A stretch of 57,966 bases of DNA, counting the filler, from Sphacelaria rigidula (lineage: Eukaryota), in assembly GCA_964200075.2 (NCBI GenBank). It is 8 parts of 8 records of this genome, joined end to end, with 100 filler letters (N's around TTAATTAATTAA, not from the genome) between each part and the next. Parts side by side here need not be neighbours in the genome. Positions count along the whole stretch, not along the records: positions 29,038 to 36,195 come from CAXNAA020016203.1; positions 36,296 to 43,452 come from CAXNAA020016204.1; positions 43,553 to 50,709 come from CAXNAA020016205.1; 5 more parts are not named here. One strand, written 5' to 3'. Shown in pieces: positions 35,805 to 48,932 of this stretch; within the stretch, counting starts at the first letter, position 1; each line of letters starts with the position of its first letter. The position numbers and the translations under genes are program-made. The notes beneath the pieces are model-generated. The model was not told the origin of the DNA. It saw only the letters and a list, made by a program, of their open reading frames with translations, and did no database searches.

Positions 35805-37145
35805 TAGTACTTCTTATTTTTTCTTCCGAACTAGGCATCTGATGCGTATGCCTCCCGTGGTCGCGCACTACCGAATATAATATATAATGAGATCAAATAG
35901 AAATGAAACAAGACCCAGAAAAATCAGCACAACCTCGATACGTACCGTAAAAGGAAATCACAAACCCCCAACTACAATATCCAGTGTCGCAGGCGAACAT
36001 TCGAATTCATCATGGGGATGATGTACCCCTGCGCTGCCACTCGACACGCGAAGCCTAGCAGGCGTGAAGCCAAAATCAACAACACAATATCACTGCGCAA
36101 CCAATGCTAAAAAACCGACGAGCAATGCTACGGTAGGGGTGCACTTTTTTCGCGAAATTTTGTCTGGTTCAGGGGCTCCTAACGATTCTAGATGCNNNNN
36201 NNNNNNNNNNNNNNNNNNNNNNNNNNNNNNNNNNNNNNNTTAATTAATTAANNNNNNNNNNNNNNNNNNNNNNNNNNNNNNNNNNNNNNNNNNNNTGGCC
36301 ATTCGGACTTCAGGGAGTGGAACTCGGTTTTCCAAACTCGACGCGCGACAGGTAGACATGAACACAGGGTTACACCGTTTTATGATGCAGAAAACGAAAT
36401 CGCAAAATAGTATGTTCGGTACGCAGTCGCTCATTTTTTTCATGAGTGCGGTACTTGGTACTCGTGCATGAAACCGAAGAGCAGGCAGACGGTGACTCAT
36501 CCTTCGAGTACAGTGTCGTACCTTGGTACCCTAGGGTAATACGGTGCAGGACACATCATCAGTACAGTACGTAATGATGCCGTCTGGTGGTACATGATGG
36601 TACAGTCTGTACTGCGAGAACAGGGAACAAACAGTACGCCAGCAAAGTTCTGTAGTGCAGTGGCGTGTATCACCCCTCAAGTACAGCGACTAAAGACCAG
36701 GAGATTAATATTAATATTATCATCGCCACAGGGTACGGCGTCAGCACTACAGTAAGTATTCGCTTGTCAAACCCACGTGCGAAGTTGCTTCAGCAGCTGG
36801 CGCGAGCAGTAGGCACGCCCTGCGCTCTCACGAGACTGTTTTCTGCTGCCGTTGCAAAAATATCATACGCCTGGTACCCCACCACTACTGTACGTTGATG
36901 CACGTACGTCACCTCAAATAATCGGGGGAAATCACGATCTCGGGACGGTTTTCCCCAATTTCGGGGAAAACCGCCCCGAGATCGTGACTCCCCGATTTGG
37001 GTCCAATCGCTTTCCATGAACTGCGTTCCCCGAATTTTTCCCCTCGACGCTCGAAAAAGTCGAGATTGGTGAGGCGTGCTCTTATCAGAAGTAATAATCA
37101 CTTTCCAAAAAAACACTTGGGGAGACCTGACTACCCCCACAGCGA

Positions 37146-39810
37146 CCAGTGCTACGTCTTCTCGACGAGCAGTTTTGTCCAGATCGAAGCCCAGATCTGC
37201 GCACAGGTAGAAAATTCGGCAGTTCTGGAAGTGGCCATCAGTCCAATATCCTGTACTGCTGCGGACAAGATGCAAAGAGGTAGCACAGCGCCGACACACC
37301 GAGCCACGAAAACCGACGGATAGACGTCCACCACTCACGCGCATTAGCTCAAGCGCTACCTCTTCATCATCTACACACGACAACCTTTGTTTGACGGAAA
37401 TCCGTCCAACGTTAGATGAAAGGCGGCCGCGCGCGTGTCAAATAGCAACCCAAAACGTGCCGTTGCAGACTGTATCTGAGCATGTGCCGTGCGCGCGTCT
37501 CGCGCAAATCATCATATCTCACTAGATTTTGAACCGATTTGAGCAAGGTCACGTAGAACATGCTCGGCTGATGAGCAATGAATGGAGCGGTGTGTTTTGG
37601 TTTGGGGGGGCAATGCGATCCTCAGGTTCACGTTTGATTGTCTTGAGTTGTCTGTCAAGACTTCGGTTATGACCCTTTCAACGGGATGTTTTATGATCCC
37701 ATTCGAGGTGATTTCAGGGGGTGTTTACTCAAAAGTAATGTTTGGCCCTTTTCGGGAGGGGGGTGGTATCGCAGCAACCAATCATCGGTGGTTTTTCACA
37801 AGAGTGATTTCGTGAACAGTGATGATAACTTCTGGTGAGACCCCGCCTAACTGCCATAAACATTGGTCTCGGCATCTGATGTGTTATGAAAAAACACGTT
37901 ATCAAAACAGCCGTTTTTTAACACAGCGATTTCTCATATAATTTTTCGAAGTAGACCTTCTTACATGATCGACACCCCATCAACATTGAAGACGCAGTGT
38001 TCATCGTTTTCTATGAGGTGTGCAGGCATTATGTCAAAGTCTGGGGCGCGCGAGAGAAACGCAGCACTCCGCTGTCTTGTCGCGGTGTACGGTCCGTACT
38101 GACTGTACTACTGTGATACATCGCCTGAGCTATACATAGTGCGCTGCGTGACTCAAGACGATAAAAAAAAAATACCCCCTTGCCGTACCAACTGACGGTA
38201 GAAGTGACGGTTGTTCTTTTTCACTGCACGGTACTCGTAGTACTTGACTGAAAGGACAGCACGGACAACAGTACACACAACAGTGCTGTATTGTATCCAT
38301 TGGCTGTAGTAATACTACAGTAGCACTATTCATAGTCTTGTGTGTACTGTCAGTTCGGTCCGGTATCTACAAGGCGACGTCTTGGGTGCCTAGGCAGTCT
38401 GTACTGCAAAGCGACGTCTGTTTGCAACACACTGCATGCGTAGACCTGAACTGGGATTGAGCTGCACTTCCGCTGCACTGTTGTAGTACTCGGTTGTACG
38501 GGCAGCACGGACAATGGTACGGACAGTATTGTGTTGTTTGCGTTGGGTGTACTATAGTAGTAGCACGACGTACCTTGTAGTCTTGTGTGTACTGTCAGTC
38601 CAGTCCTGTCTCTACAAGGCTTGGATGCGTGGGCAGTCTGTAACGCATTGCGACAGCTGTTCACAAAACGCTGCGTGCACAGCCCTGAGCTGAAATGCAA
38701 TATTGTCCGGAATACATTCAGACTGTCCTGTCTGCAGCACTCGTCATCGACCCTGCCCTCCGCTGTTCTCATGGGGTAAAGGGCCACCACGCTACTGGCG
38801 AGCGACGGACAATGATGCAACACGCTGAGCCCACGAGCACCAGCGACAGCAGTAGTGATACAAGCCAAGCCATCACAGGTGCTGTCGTGGGCTCTAAGGC
38901 GTGTTCAAACGTTTTTTCAATAACATTCTTCAATAGCCCAAGGTTATCAGAATTTTTTTCATCAGAAGACTCGTTTTCTGATCACATAAGAAGTGGGTTT
39001 TTGGTCGTAAATAAAAAACGCGTTCTTCGATAGAGTTTTGCTTTAGACGTAAGAAGTAACCTTAGGCGGGGTCTTACCAGAAGTGATCATCACTTTTCAA
39101 GGAATCACTTTCATGAAAAACCACCGATGACCAATTGCTGCGATACCCCCCCCCCCCCCCCCCCCCCCCCTCCCCCCAAAAACAAAAAAAACAACACAAA
39201 AGAAAATTATTTTTTTTACAACCGCGCCAACAAAACAACCTAANNNNNNNNNNTTTAAAAAAACACATTTAACAAAAACCCCCCGATACCCAATGGCTCC
39301 CCCCCCCCCCCCCCCCCCCCCCAACCCGAAAAAGTGCCGAAAAAAATGCTTTTGCAAAAGTGATTTTGTGACACCTCGAACGGGATCATAAAACATCCCG
39401 TTGGCATAAACGAAGTCTTGACAGACAACTCAAGACAATCAAACGTAAACCTGAGGATCGCACTACCCTCCCAAACCAAGCACCGCTTTATTCATCGTTG
39501 CTTATCAGCTGAGCACGCTGTGCGTGACCTTGCTCAAATCGGTTCAGAATCTAGTGAGATATGATTATTTGCGTAAGACGCGCGCACAGCGCACGCTCAG
39601 AAACAGTCAGCAACAGCTATTTGACACGCACGCGGCCGCCTTTCATCCAACACTAGACAGATCTCCGTCAAACAAAGGCTGTCGTGTGTAGATAATGAAG
39701 AGATAGCGCTTGAGCTAATGCGCGTGAGTGGTGGACGTCCATCCATCGGTATTCGTGGCTGATCTGGGCTTTGATCTGAGCCAAACTGGTTGTCGATAAG
39801 ATGGCACTGG
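37146..39810. mobile_element. Foldback element with ~700-bp inverted arms (37146-37850 and 39062-39810) and a ~1.2-kb noncoding spacer
   Basis: Long reverse-complement matches such as gacgtccaccactcacgcgcattagctcaagcgct and acgtttgattgtcttgagttgtctgtcaagacttcg. Confidence 0.8.
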
Positions 39811-41919
39811 CTGACGACCAGAAATGCATTGGCAAAAAATGAAGTGAACGCGGAGGGATATTGAAGACGTCCTGAAGATGCGATTGACGGGTCGGACCTT
39901 TGCCAAACGTCTGCCGATCATAACACATGCTCCACCCCAAGTTACATGGGCTTAGTGTGCGACAGCTGTGATTTTTCCATCGTATATTTCTCGAGACAAA
40001 AAGCAAACCGGTCAGTGGCACTTCACAGCCCCCCGCACACACACTGGGCCTATTTCATGTATTGAACATATAATATTAATATGATTGATTATATAAATTA
40101 ATCATTTGATCAGTGGTGAGCGACGGCTAACGCACGTGGCAGCAGTGCCGCAAGAATCTAGGCGGGCGGTCTTGGGTACGTGAAGGTTTCGAACAGCACA
40201 CTGGAAAACAAACCATTGACCCAGGGATTATCCATAACTTATCAACATGAAAACTTTCAATTCCACGACTAACCGTCACCCCTACAGCAAAAGAAAGAAG
40301 GCCTTACCGTCAGGGATGCTCGTGGGAGCGAGGGGGGTTGTTGGCCTCCAAAACAATTTCAGGCTGTTCGACAACATTTTACTGACCATAGACCACTTGT
40401 TCTTTCCTTCGAATGCACTTGATTTTAGTCTACATCCTCAACATGCGGGAATCGTGCCGTGAGGTGACGCCCTCCCTCTTCAGACGCCGCACACAGCTAC
40501 ACAGCGCCGACACATTTTGGGGTTGGACCGTTTTTCGAGTGCTTTGAAAGCTTCCCATCAAACGTTATGTGAAGAGTCATTTTTTTCTCGACACATTTTG
40601 GGGTTGGACCGCATTTGAAGTGCTTTGCAAGCTTGATCATTTTTGTATTTCCATCACGGGGCGTGCCTTGAAAAGGTTACAGCCCATTACATTTCAATTC
40701 GAAGCGCAGCGCCAAAAGAGCACAAGAATCGTAGACGTGACCAAGGAGAACTGGGGTGTCAAAGCCGGTCCCTCAAAGGAGTCTCCCGACCAACCCTCCG
40801 TCGTCAACAAAAGCAAGAGAAAAAATAGCACAGGGGATTGCGGAGGAAACGTCGGAGGGGAGGTCTGAGTTGATGCGAAAGTATAAGCCTGTAATGGAAC
40901 AAAAGTGAGAGCGCGCCGTGTTAATAATGATTATTCTGGCGTTTCTGGTTATTCTTTTTTCGTCCTTCGGATTGGTTGCCCGTCAGCTCTCAACCAATAA
41001 TGTAAACCCGCGCAGAAGGTTGCCGCATTTTGGTGTGTTTGAATACTCTGATTGATACAAAAACCTTCTAGAACAAGCCTGTGACTGCCGTTGCTGTACT
41101 TTTTTGTACACAGCTTCCCAAACACCTGAAGTAGGAAAGTGCGCAAGCGATTTCCTTATTGCGTGTATGCCTTTGCTCTGTAAGATCCTTTCTTGTTTCT
41201 CGGCCTCTTTTTTTTTCTTCAGGTTTTTGGGTTCTCCTTGGGGATTTTTCCACCCCTTTTTTTGTTTCTAGCCGCAAGTATATTTTTCGGCTTCAGACGG
41301 GACGAATAAAAAGCTAATTTTCGGCTCCATGAAGAATGTATTTTGTGGCCCTGGGGGTGTGGCCTTGCAGGAATGGGCTTCTGAAAACCAAAAGCTCCCT
41401 CCCGAAAAAAACACTTGGAAACGCTAGGCTCCGCAGCCGAAAAGTTGGCTTGAGAAACACGAGGTATCTTTCGGCTCCAAAAATAACATGGCTTTTGGGC
41501 TGCAGTGCAGCCTACTGATGCAGGCTACGGAGAGAAGGCGTGAAGGCGTGACATGTATGCCGCACCCAAGTACTGAAGAAAGGTATTTGGGGGAGTTTTT
41601 GGGCCCGCTGTCGCGAATTGAGCGAATGGCTCGCGCAATTTCCTAGCTTTTGGGTGTGCGCGGGTAGGTATGGAGTGCCACGAGCCGGCTTGCTTTTTGT
41701 GTCTAAAAAAGCGCGATGAAGGTGCTACAGCTGTCGCATACTAAACCAAGTCAATTAATAACGTGTTGAGTATTTCTCAACCTTTTATCTTATTTCATTC
41801 AGGATGTGGGTTCTTGGTCGTTATGCCCCCCATTCAACCTGTAACTGTTGCACCGACTGTACTGTATGGCCCTTGAAATTTTTTGCACGGGTTACCTCAA
41901 TTTCCACCGGGTTAACCAC

Positions 41920-42212
41920 GCCCCGGTGGTGTAATGGCCCGATTGTCGCCAGTAGGGTGAAGAGAACAAGGGTTTGATTCCCGATGCAAAGGGTTTTTTC
42001 TTGGTGATATCTGATTTCCACCATGGAAAGCGTGAGAACGTGAGTGAACGAAGTAGTCGACTGGGTTTGTTTGGCGTGAGTTGACGCGGTGCGGGAGTGC
42101 AGACCCAATCCGCGAGACCGAAATGCAAGGCGTGTGCCGGGAGAGGGACGAGTTAATCCTTCGAGACCACGGACTCTTCCTGAGGAGGGAAGGGATTCAA
42201 AGTGCGACGAAT
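41920..42212 (+). mobile_element. tRNA-derived SINE family 2, full-length copy
   Basis: A box TGGTGTAATGG and B box-like GGTTTGATTCC, followed by a body shared with at least 5 other loci. Confidence 0.75.
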
Positions 42213-42755
42213 AAATATGATACTGAACTAAAATAATGAGCATCCTGTAGGAAATGTGTAGTGTGTATTGTAATGTGTGTGTACCTCACCCTGGATAAGA
42301 TGTGAAGAATAACAGTGAAGAACTGCGTAAAGTACATGCCTACTGCGACTGTTGGTGTACTGGCAGTGGTTGCAGTATGCCTATACTTGATGCGATAGAC
42401 TTTTCTCATCGCAACTGTTGACCATATTTTGTCCAGACAGTCACACCATCGAGCTGTCTGGTCCCCGTTGACGGTGAACGGTGATTGTGAAAAATCCCCC
42501 GGAATTTTCTAATATGGGCCGTTCACCCCACCGTTGTTCCCCACCAGCGCGTTCCAGTCAGCCGTCGCGGTCGTCATGGATGTGTTTTCATCACACAACA
42601 CGGTCAGCGAGGCAGAGCTAGTCCGGTCCATTACAGCATAACAGTCTCTTGGAGGGGGGATATTAATGGAGTAATTAAAATTCTGTCGCTGAGAGGCCAA
42701 CATATGCTACGTGCAAAGTATTGGAAGGCAGCTGATAAGTTTCCAAAAAGTAGTA

Positions 42756-43234
42756 CCCAGCTTAAAAGTGGCTAAAAGTTGTTCACACCACAGCTTTCCC
42801 AGTTTCCCGAATGAAAACGATGTAAGCATATTAGTGTGAACTGCAGACCCACCTGATGACAAAGGACTGCGTCACTGTTCGATTAGCGTCGTATTGCCGA
42901 TGAGGTTATCGTACTGAACGTTGCACGCACGTCCCAATTCGACGATGACTCGGAGCAAAAATTTCACGAAGACCTTCACCCAAGAAAAGGATACATCCCG
43001 TGAGCAGCTGCAAATTTTCACTTTTTTCCTGGACTTAAAACGTCATCTTGTTTTTGCTCAAATTTCGAATGCCCATAACTTCCTCTTCTTTCACCTTTTA
43101 TTCTATTCTGCTCGCGTGATGTTTTGCGTGTCGATCACAACAAGCTGCTGTCAAAATTTCAGCGTCCAACTCCTTATACCGCGCCGTACGTCGCCCGAGC
43201 GAGAAAATCACCCACTTTTGGCTGGCCCAGCCCG
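42756..43234 (+). mobile_element. Diverged MITE family A copy lacking the tRNA-like segment
   Basis: Shares cacaccacagc..cccagtttcccgaatga and the 3' part ending GGCTGGCCCAGCCCG|TA; 5' TIR eroded. Confidence 0.8.
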
Positions 43235-43552
43235 TAATGCAAAGAAGACTTGGAAAGAAAACACTCGTCAAGATCGGCTGTAAAAATTCATGGCTCCGTG
43301 GTAATAGAGTGTATGTACTACAGCCTGGAAGCGTCCTTCTCCTCTCCGGTGTAGGGTGCATACACACCCCCCCCCCCCCCCCCCCCCCACCCCACCCCCC
43401 CCCACCACCCCCAGCCCCATCCCCCCAACCCCCCACCTCCCCCCAACCCACCNNNNNNNNNNNNNNNNNNNNNNNNNNNNNNNNNNNNNNNNNNNNTTAA
43501 TTAATTAANNNNNNNNNNNNNNNNNNNNNNNNNNNNNNNNNNNNNNNNNNNN

Positions 43553-43611
43553 CTGTGTCGATGAGATATTGCTTTTAGAGCTTAAATCCGTTTTTAGGCT
43601 GGCCCAGCTCG
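43553..43611 (-). mobile_element. MITE subfamily B end (contig start)
   Basis: Reverse complement of 13270-13330, ending GGCTGGCCCAGCTCG|TA. Confidence 0.75.
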
Positions 43612-43630
43612 TAGCGTGAACATGTATAAC

Positions 43631-43907
43631 CAGGGCTATCCAGGTTACACGTGCCATAGCGCTACACGTTACGTTCACCTTACGTTTTGGCCGAAACATA
43701 ACGTGAACGTTAATTTTTTTTCGTGATTAACGTAACGTGATTTTTTTATCGTGATGAACGTAACGTGAACGTAACGTTAAATTTTCAAATGTAACGTTAA
43801 CGTAACGTTATTTTTTTTACGTGACACAAGTCACGTAACGTGAATGTGATTTTTTTTTCACGTGATGAACGTAACGTGAACGTGAACGTGTGACGTGTAC
43901 AGCCCTG
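43631..43907. mobile_element. hAT-like MITE filled with AACGT/AACGTG motifs
   Basis: CAGGGCTAT ... ACAGCCCTG inverted ends with dense (A)ACGT(G/A/T) repeats; TSD not evident. Confidence 0.6.
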
Positions 43908-46261
43908 TAATTTTTCCTCACCGTCCACGTGTCGTCACCCATCATACTCCGGATTATCATCACCGTTCACGCACCATCATCCATCTTGTACGAGTCATTC
44001 AAAAAGCTGTAAGACAGCCACGGCCTCTATTTTCTTGTCACAGTTCAAATTCCTCCCTTTCCTCGGGACAACTTTGTGATCTCAAGGGATCAATCATCCC
44101 ATCTCTTCCCCAGATTGAACCGTGAAATGCAAGCGTGAGTACGCGGAGCAAACAAAAAAACAGTTGGCTGAGCAGCCTGTTGAACGTGAGTTGATGCGGT
44201 GCGGGAGTGCTGATCCAACCCGCGGGACCAAAGTGCAAGGCGTTTGCCGGCGAGATGTGGCTTACTCCCTTCAGATCACGGACTCATCCCGAGGAAGGGA
44301 AGGGGTTCAAAGAGCGATGAAGAAAAAAGAGTCGGCTCTTTGTGTAGACATGATACGAGAGTGGTGCCACGAACCATGCTTCGAATCAATGTCTCGCGCG
44401 GGAGGGGGTTGATAAAAATTACCGAAAAAGTCGCGCGAGAAGGCGACATGTGTAGGTGTGGAATTTCAAATAAAAATTGTTTACTGAACTATTTCACCTA
44501 TTTCCCCCCCCTGCAAACAACAAGCCTGGGTCTATATACTGTGACCGACATCATTTTCCCATCTTCTCCCTCTCTCTCCCTCCTGTAAAGATAAACAAAA
44601 AAGTAAGTCGAATCACCCTAGTATGGTGAATATGACGCTCAACGCCTCAGCGTTAGATGTACTCGTACTGTAATCGCGATCAATGATACCTATCGAACGT
44701 ATTGCAAAAAAGGTTCGATTCTGCGTTTGAGAAGAATCGAGTTTTTGTGCTGAAGCGGAAAATGTTCTGCCAGATCCTGATTGCGGTCGAAGTACGACAT
44801 CTTGAAGCCATTTTGGGACAACTGGGATCTGATCGGTGTGGGTGGGTCGGTTGGGAGGTCTCAGTGTGTAGGAAGCAGCAAAAGGTACAAAGGCAAGTGC
44901 ACACACGATGATGCGACAGTAGCGGGGTGTGGAGTAAGTGGGAGACGCGCGACGCGACCATCAGCGAGGGACAGCACCTCGAATCGATGTTGTAGTTCGT
45001 TTGGTCTGGGTGTTTTCCTTCGTGTGTGTGTTCTTTTTTTAATTCGGCAGAGTTGCTTCAAACTCAACATGTCGTCAAGACAACCGTCTCCTCAAGCACC
45101 AGTGGCAGGCGGCAGGGGCAAACGCAAAGCTGGTGGGCGCGATCAGCACGCCAATCAGCGGGAGCCGTCTCCTACCGCGTCCGCTATCAGCGGTGCTACA
45201 GACAGTGGCGGTCCTGCGAAGTCGAGGTGGCTCGTGTCGAGTCCCCCCGAAGGCGGGATGTCGGTCGGTCTGCCGCGCGCTACTGTACAACAAATCGTTA
45301 TGCTCGATAACAGGTCGGGGACCTTACGAAAATCCTGGGCCGCGTCAGCAACCGCGTGGATAATATCGCTCCCAACACACCAAGGCGCGTTTCCCACGTC
45401 ACCTCGACTACAGAGGAGGCTCATCGATTGAGGGAGATGGTACATGAGCTGAGATCATCAGGGGTTAGACCTGTATCATCAGGTGCTGGCTTTGTTACAC
45501 CAGGTGCTGCCTCTTTCAGCCGCTCCGATGACGGCAACTTGCCCCGCGCGGCGGTCAGGGGTACTGTCACAGAGGCAGCGAGGCCGCTCAGTAGCGTATC
45601 TGGTGATGATAGGCGGTGTGGTCACGTATGCCGGTGGTACGACCAAATTCGAAAGCAACTGCAAAAAGTCATACTTCGACTGGTCTGCATGTATGCCCAT
45701 TCGGATCCAAGACATTTTTTTTCATTCCACTGTACTCGGCGTATCAAACAATCATCACTACCAACTACAACGCCCTCCTTGTGCTGAAGGCCTTCGTTTT
45801 CTCCAGCGCTCCACGGTTGGGTTGTCTGCTAAAATAAGGGCGGATGACCCCCAACTTGCCATCTCATTTCATATAATCATGATGAAAAGATAACTGCTTC
45901 ACCACATTTCAACAATCTCCCGCTTCTCGCACCTCCCCCCTCTCGTTTCAAGGATACCCACCCCATGCAGCTGCGGGTAATGCAGCCCCTAACTGGGGTC
46001 AAGTCTCTCAGGCGTAGACTGTTGTTGAAGTCACGCTGAAGTTTTGTGGGATTCTACCGTGTGCAGGTTCGCGAAATCTTGTACCCAAAGCCCCCCCACC
46101 CGCCAACGAGCCTGGTGCGGCAAAAACCCGGCATCCTCCGTCCCGGCTTTGAAGGAATGCGAAGTCAACAGTATTATGACTAAAGCATGCAAGATCATGA
46201 GCACACCTCTTCCCCCCCCCCGTCCCCTCCGATGTGATATAAAAAGGTTTGGTAAATAAGA

Positions 46262-46642
46262 TGTGTGTGTGTGTTGTTGTGTGCCACCATCCCATCTAAT
46301 CTGGACGCCAGTTTACACCTCTCGGTATATGTGGACGCACCAGCCACGGGCACACAGGAGAAAGGCTCACACGGGAGTTTTGTGCTTTCCCCCCTTTATT
46401 TCAATACTCCACCTTCCCTCTGCGGTGCTTGCCTTATTTTTTTTATCGCGAGAAGCGTTCAGCGGTCCCTTTCCCTCGTCGATCGGGAAGTTGACTTTTG
46501 TATACCCACGACATAGTCGCTCCCCTCTGTCGGGCGTGGAGGGAGCAAAAATCCCACATCGTGTGACTTGATCGAGATTCGAACCCACGACCCAACTGCC
46601 AGAAGGTTTCGAGGTCACCAATTAAGCCACCGGGGCGACCGG
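46262..46642 (-). mobile_element. tRNA-derived SINE family 1 copy
   Basis: On the minus strand it reads CCGGTCGCCCCGGTGGCTTAATTGG...GGGTTCGAATCTC; colinear with 20792-21157. Confidence 0.88.
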
Positions 46643-46896
46643 TTATATATGGTAGCGAGAAAAGGATCGCTCAAAGACAGATTTTGGACACAGACGGCAA
46701 AAAACAGGAAGGGAATAGGATATGAAAAAGGTTTTGATGTGATAAATGAGGGGGAAACGTAATGAGCCCGAACGTTGGAGGTGTCTCTATTAGGAATGGG
46801 AACGGTGCTCCGACCGACAGGGATGCATCATCAATGGTGCCCTCTCCATTCCCCCCATTCCCCCCATTCCCCCTTCCTCTCACACAGTGTCCTTAC

Positions 46897-47059
46897 CTCG
46901 AGATACCGTTCTTTTGCCATGGGGCCAAGCGTCCAAATGAGAACATCGCTGGCGAAGCGCTTGCCGTAGGTCACCAGACACAGGTTGGCTATGGACATGA
47001 GCACGGAGGCCATTTCCATGGAAGGAGCGTTGCCTCTTAGTAGGAACCACTCCAGGCAC
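46897..47059 (-). CDS. USP34: USP34-like deubiquitinase exon (W)CLEWFLLRGNAPSMEM...MAKERYLE
   Basis: TTTGATCAG acceptor, GAG|GTAAGG donor, phase 2/0 completing the Trp codon from the previous exon. Confidence 0.7.
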
Positions 47060-47502
47060 CTGATCAAACATGACACACGAGATATTCATGTCCATGAATC
47101 CAAAAACACGCATATGAAACATGACAAGCAACACAACACCCACAGGAACCTCACTAATATATAATTGTATGTATATGGTAATAAAAGAGGGAAATATGAT
47201 GTGAGTGATGGAATAAAATGAGGAAGGATACTACGCGCGTACGAGCTAGCTTACGTCCTCTTCCTCCCCCCTTCCCCCTCCTCCCACCCATAGGCTTGGT
47301 CGGGTGGCAACGACGCTGAAAAACCACCACTACTATTGCTACTACTATAATACTAGTACTCCGTCTAAAATGTGTTGGAATCCGATTGAAAAAGTATCCC
47401 TTTGTGTAAAAGCCCGCCCGTTTTACATGACGAAACAAAACAGCATAATATTACTTCCCCCTCCACCCCCCTCGAAGTAGGCATGATGACGATGCTGCTC
47501 AC

Positions 47503-47621
47503 CACTGAAGGTTGTTAGAAGCACGGAGCTGCGCCAGTACCGAGCGGTGAAGTTTGCAGGCCTTGAGGAGAATCTTGTAGTACACCGTGGAGTACTGGGC
47601 GTTGTAGTCCCAATTGGACGG
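47503..47621 (-). CDS. USP34: USP34-like exon PSNWDYNAQYSTVYYKILLKACKLHRSVLAQLRASNNLQ(W)
   Basis: TG|GTGAGC donor; matches the recalled USP34 segment FNRGMLPAYYGILRLCC...QLASHQNIQW. Confidence 0.72.
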
Positions 47622-47870
47622 CTTATCCACCCACGAAACATAGAAGACCATTAGTCCCGCCGCCACAGACTCCTACCATGGCCAGATGTCCGGGAAGGGA
47701 GCAAAGTTCTACGACTGATCATCTCTGCTGCTGGAAATGTTGACCATTGCATGATAAAATGATTAATACTGCATCCGTAAATGTATATACGTACACATGT
47801 ACATAGATACAAAGCACGTGCACACGTGCGGAAGTTTATCGGCCCACTTGATCGTATTGTTCTGTCGCAC

Positions 47871-47966
47871 ATTAGGGGATCGATCCCCTACAAGAAAATC
47901 ATCCAGCCTGGTGACAGGATGGAAGTTGAGCATCCAGCGCAAAATCAAAACCTCTGACGAAGGAAT
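47871..47966 (-). CDS. USP34: USP34-like exon IPSSEVLILRWMLNFHPVTRLDDFLVGDRSPN
   Basis: Strong pyrimidine tract but a rare GAG acceptor; AAT|GTGCGA donor; phase 0/0. Confidence 0.5.
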
Positions 47967-48224
47967 CTCGGAGAGAGGGAAGAAATCGAAAAGGACAGAC
48001 CCACAGTACATTGAAAACGAGGAACGAAACTAAAGGCAAAACCAAGAGTACGAGCAAAAGGCGAAAGAGAGAGAGAGATAGAAAAAAAAGGGGGGAATTA
48101 AAGGAAAATGATAAGACAGGATAGGACAAGATAAGAAAGGAGATGAAATGGAACGGAAGGAAAATCTCTGGTCCACATACCGTAGACAGAACATTTCCTT
48201 CGTTCTCCCTGGCATGAGATATAG

Positions 48225-48435
48225 TCCTGAAGGCACGTAAACTCTCAAGGTGCCCCCCACAGTGTATGAGAGGCCGGCCAGCCTCCTTAGCCACTCTTGC
48301 GGCCGACCATCCAAACACGATGCGCCTCGGGAGACGTATTTCGACTTGTCCGACAAGGGACCTCGCGAATCACGGTTGGTGCTTGTGGGAGATGGCCGTC
48401 TTCACACGCTCGCATTGGGTAATCTCCAGCACAGC
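48225..48435 (-). mobile_element. RTE-clade LINE ORF2 C-terminal fragment
   Basis: AVLEITQCERVKTAI...RLPRRIVFG...AGRP...LESLRAF resembles the RTE RLPKRVMFG...GRP...W motif region. Confidence 0.65.
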
Positions 48436-48439
48436 TATG

Positions 48440-48745
48440 TGCAAAACGGTATTTTGTCCACTACGATCCTCACTGCGAGAGCCAACTGCTCGCAGTCGAC
48501 GCTGGCTGTGGGCAGCGGGCAGCACAAGCTTTTACTAAAGGCAGTAAGCCGATGCAGGAAGGACAATAGTGGGCACAAGACTCTCTGGTGCAAAGCTGCG
48601 CTCGAGACGAGTCAATGCGAGCGTATCGACACGATCATTCGTGAGCGCCAAATTCAGGTTCGCGACAGGGCAGAGGGGAGAGGGTTGGTCCAACAGGACG
48701 AAGCAGTGTATGTCGCAGAGTCAAACCTCAGGACTCGCCAACGAT
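48440..48745 (+). mobile_element. RTE-clade LINE ORF2 C-terminal fragment
   Basis: HKLLLKAVSRCRKDNSGHKTL...ALETSQCERIDTIIRERQ resembles the post-RT region of RTE LINEs. Confidence 0.65.
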
Positions 48746-48835
48746 AGAGTCTCGCAAAAACCTACTACCCCCATCGCCCACACCAGTGACATGTATGCAT
48801 ACAGCACACACTGGACACAGCATGAAGAAACAAAC

Positions 48836-48932
48836 CTGCTGAGTATAGCTCCATAGTTCGGGGTACATTTCCATCGTGTCCCACAAGAACTTGAGCATCA
48901 CGCCCTTGGTCTCGTCCTCGTCCCTTCGAATC
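48836..48932 (-). CDS. USP34: USP34-like exon IRRDEDETKGVMLKFLWDTMEMYPELWSYTQQ
   Basis: GACAG acceptor, CAG|GTTTGT donor, phase 2/0; aligns by eye to the recalled USP34 NHNKQALLSFWYNVCADCPE. Confidence 0.72.

Noticed and set aside
42756..43613. One element spanning the 43453-43552 gap
   Set aside because: The two sides are different contigs, and both TIRs face the same way.
45069..45690. Frameshifted low-complexity ORF pair as a gene or TE accessory protein
   Set aside because: It looks coding-like but has no identifiable domain or supported splice model.
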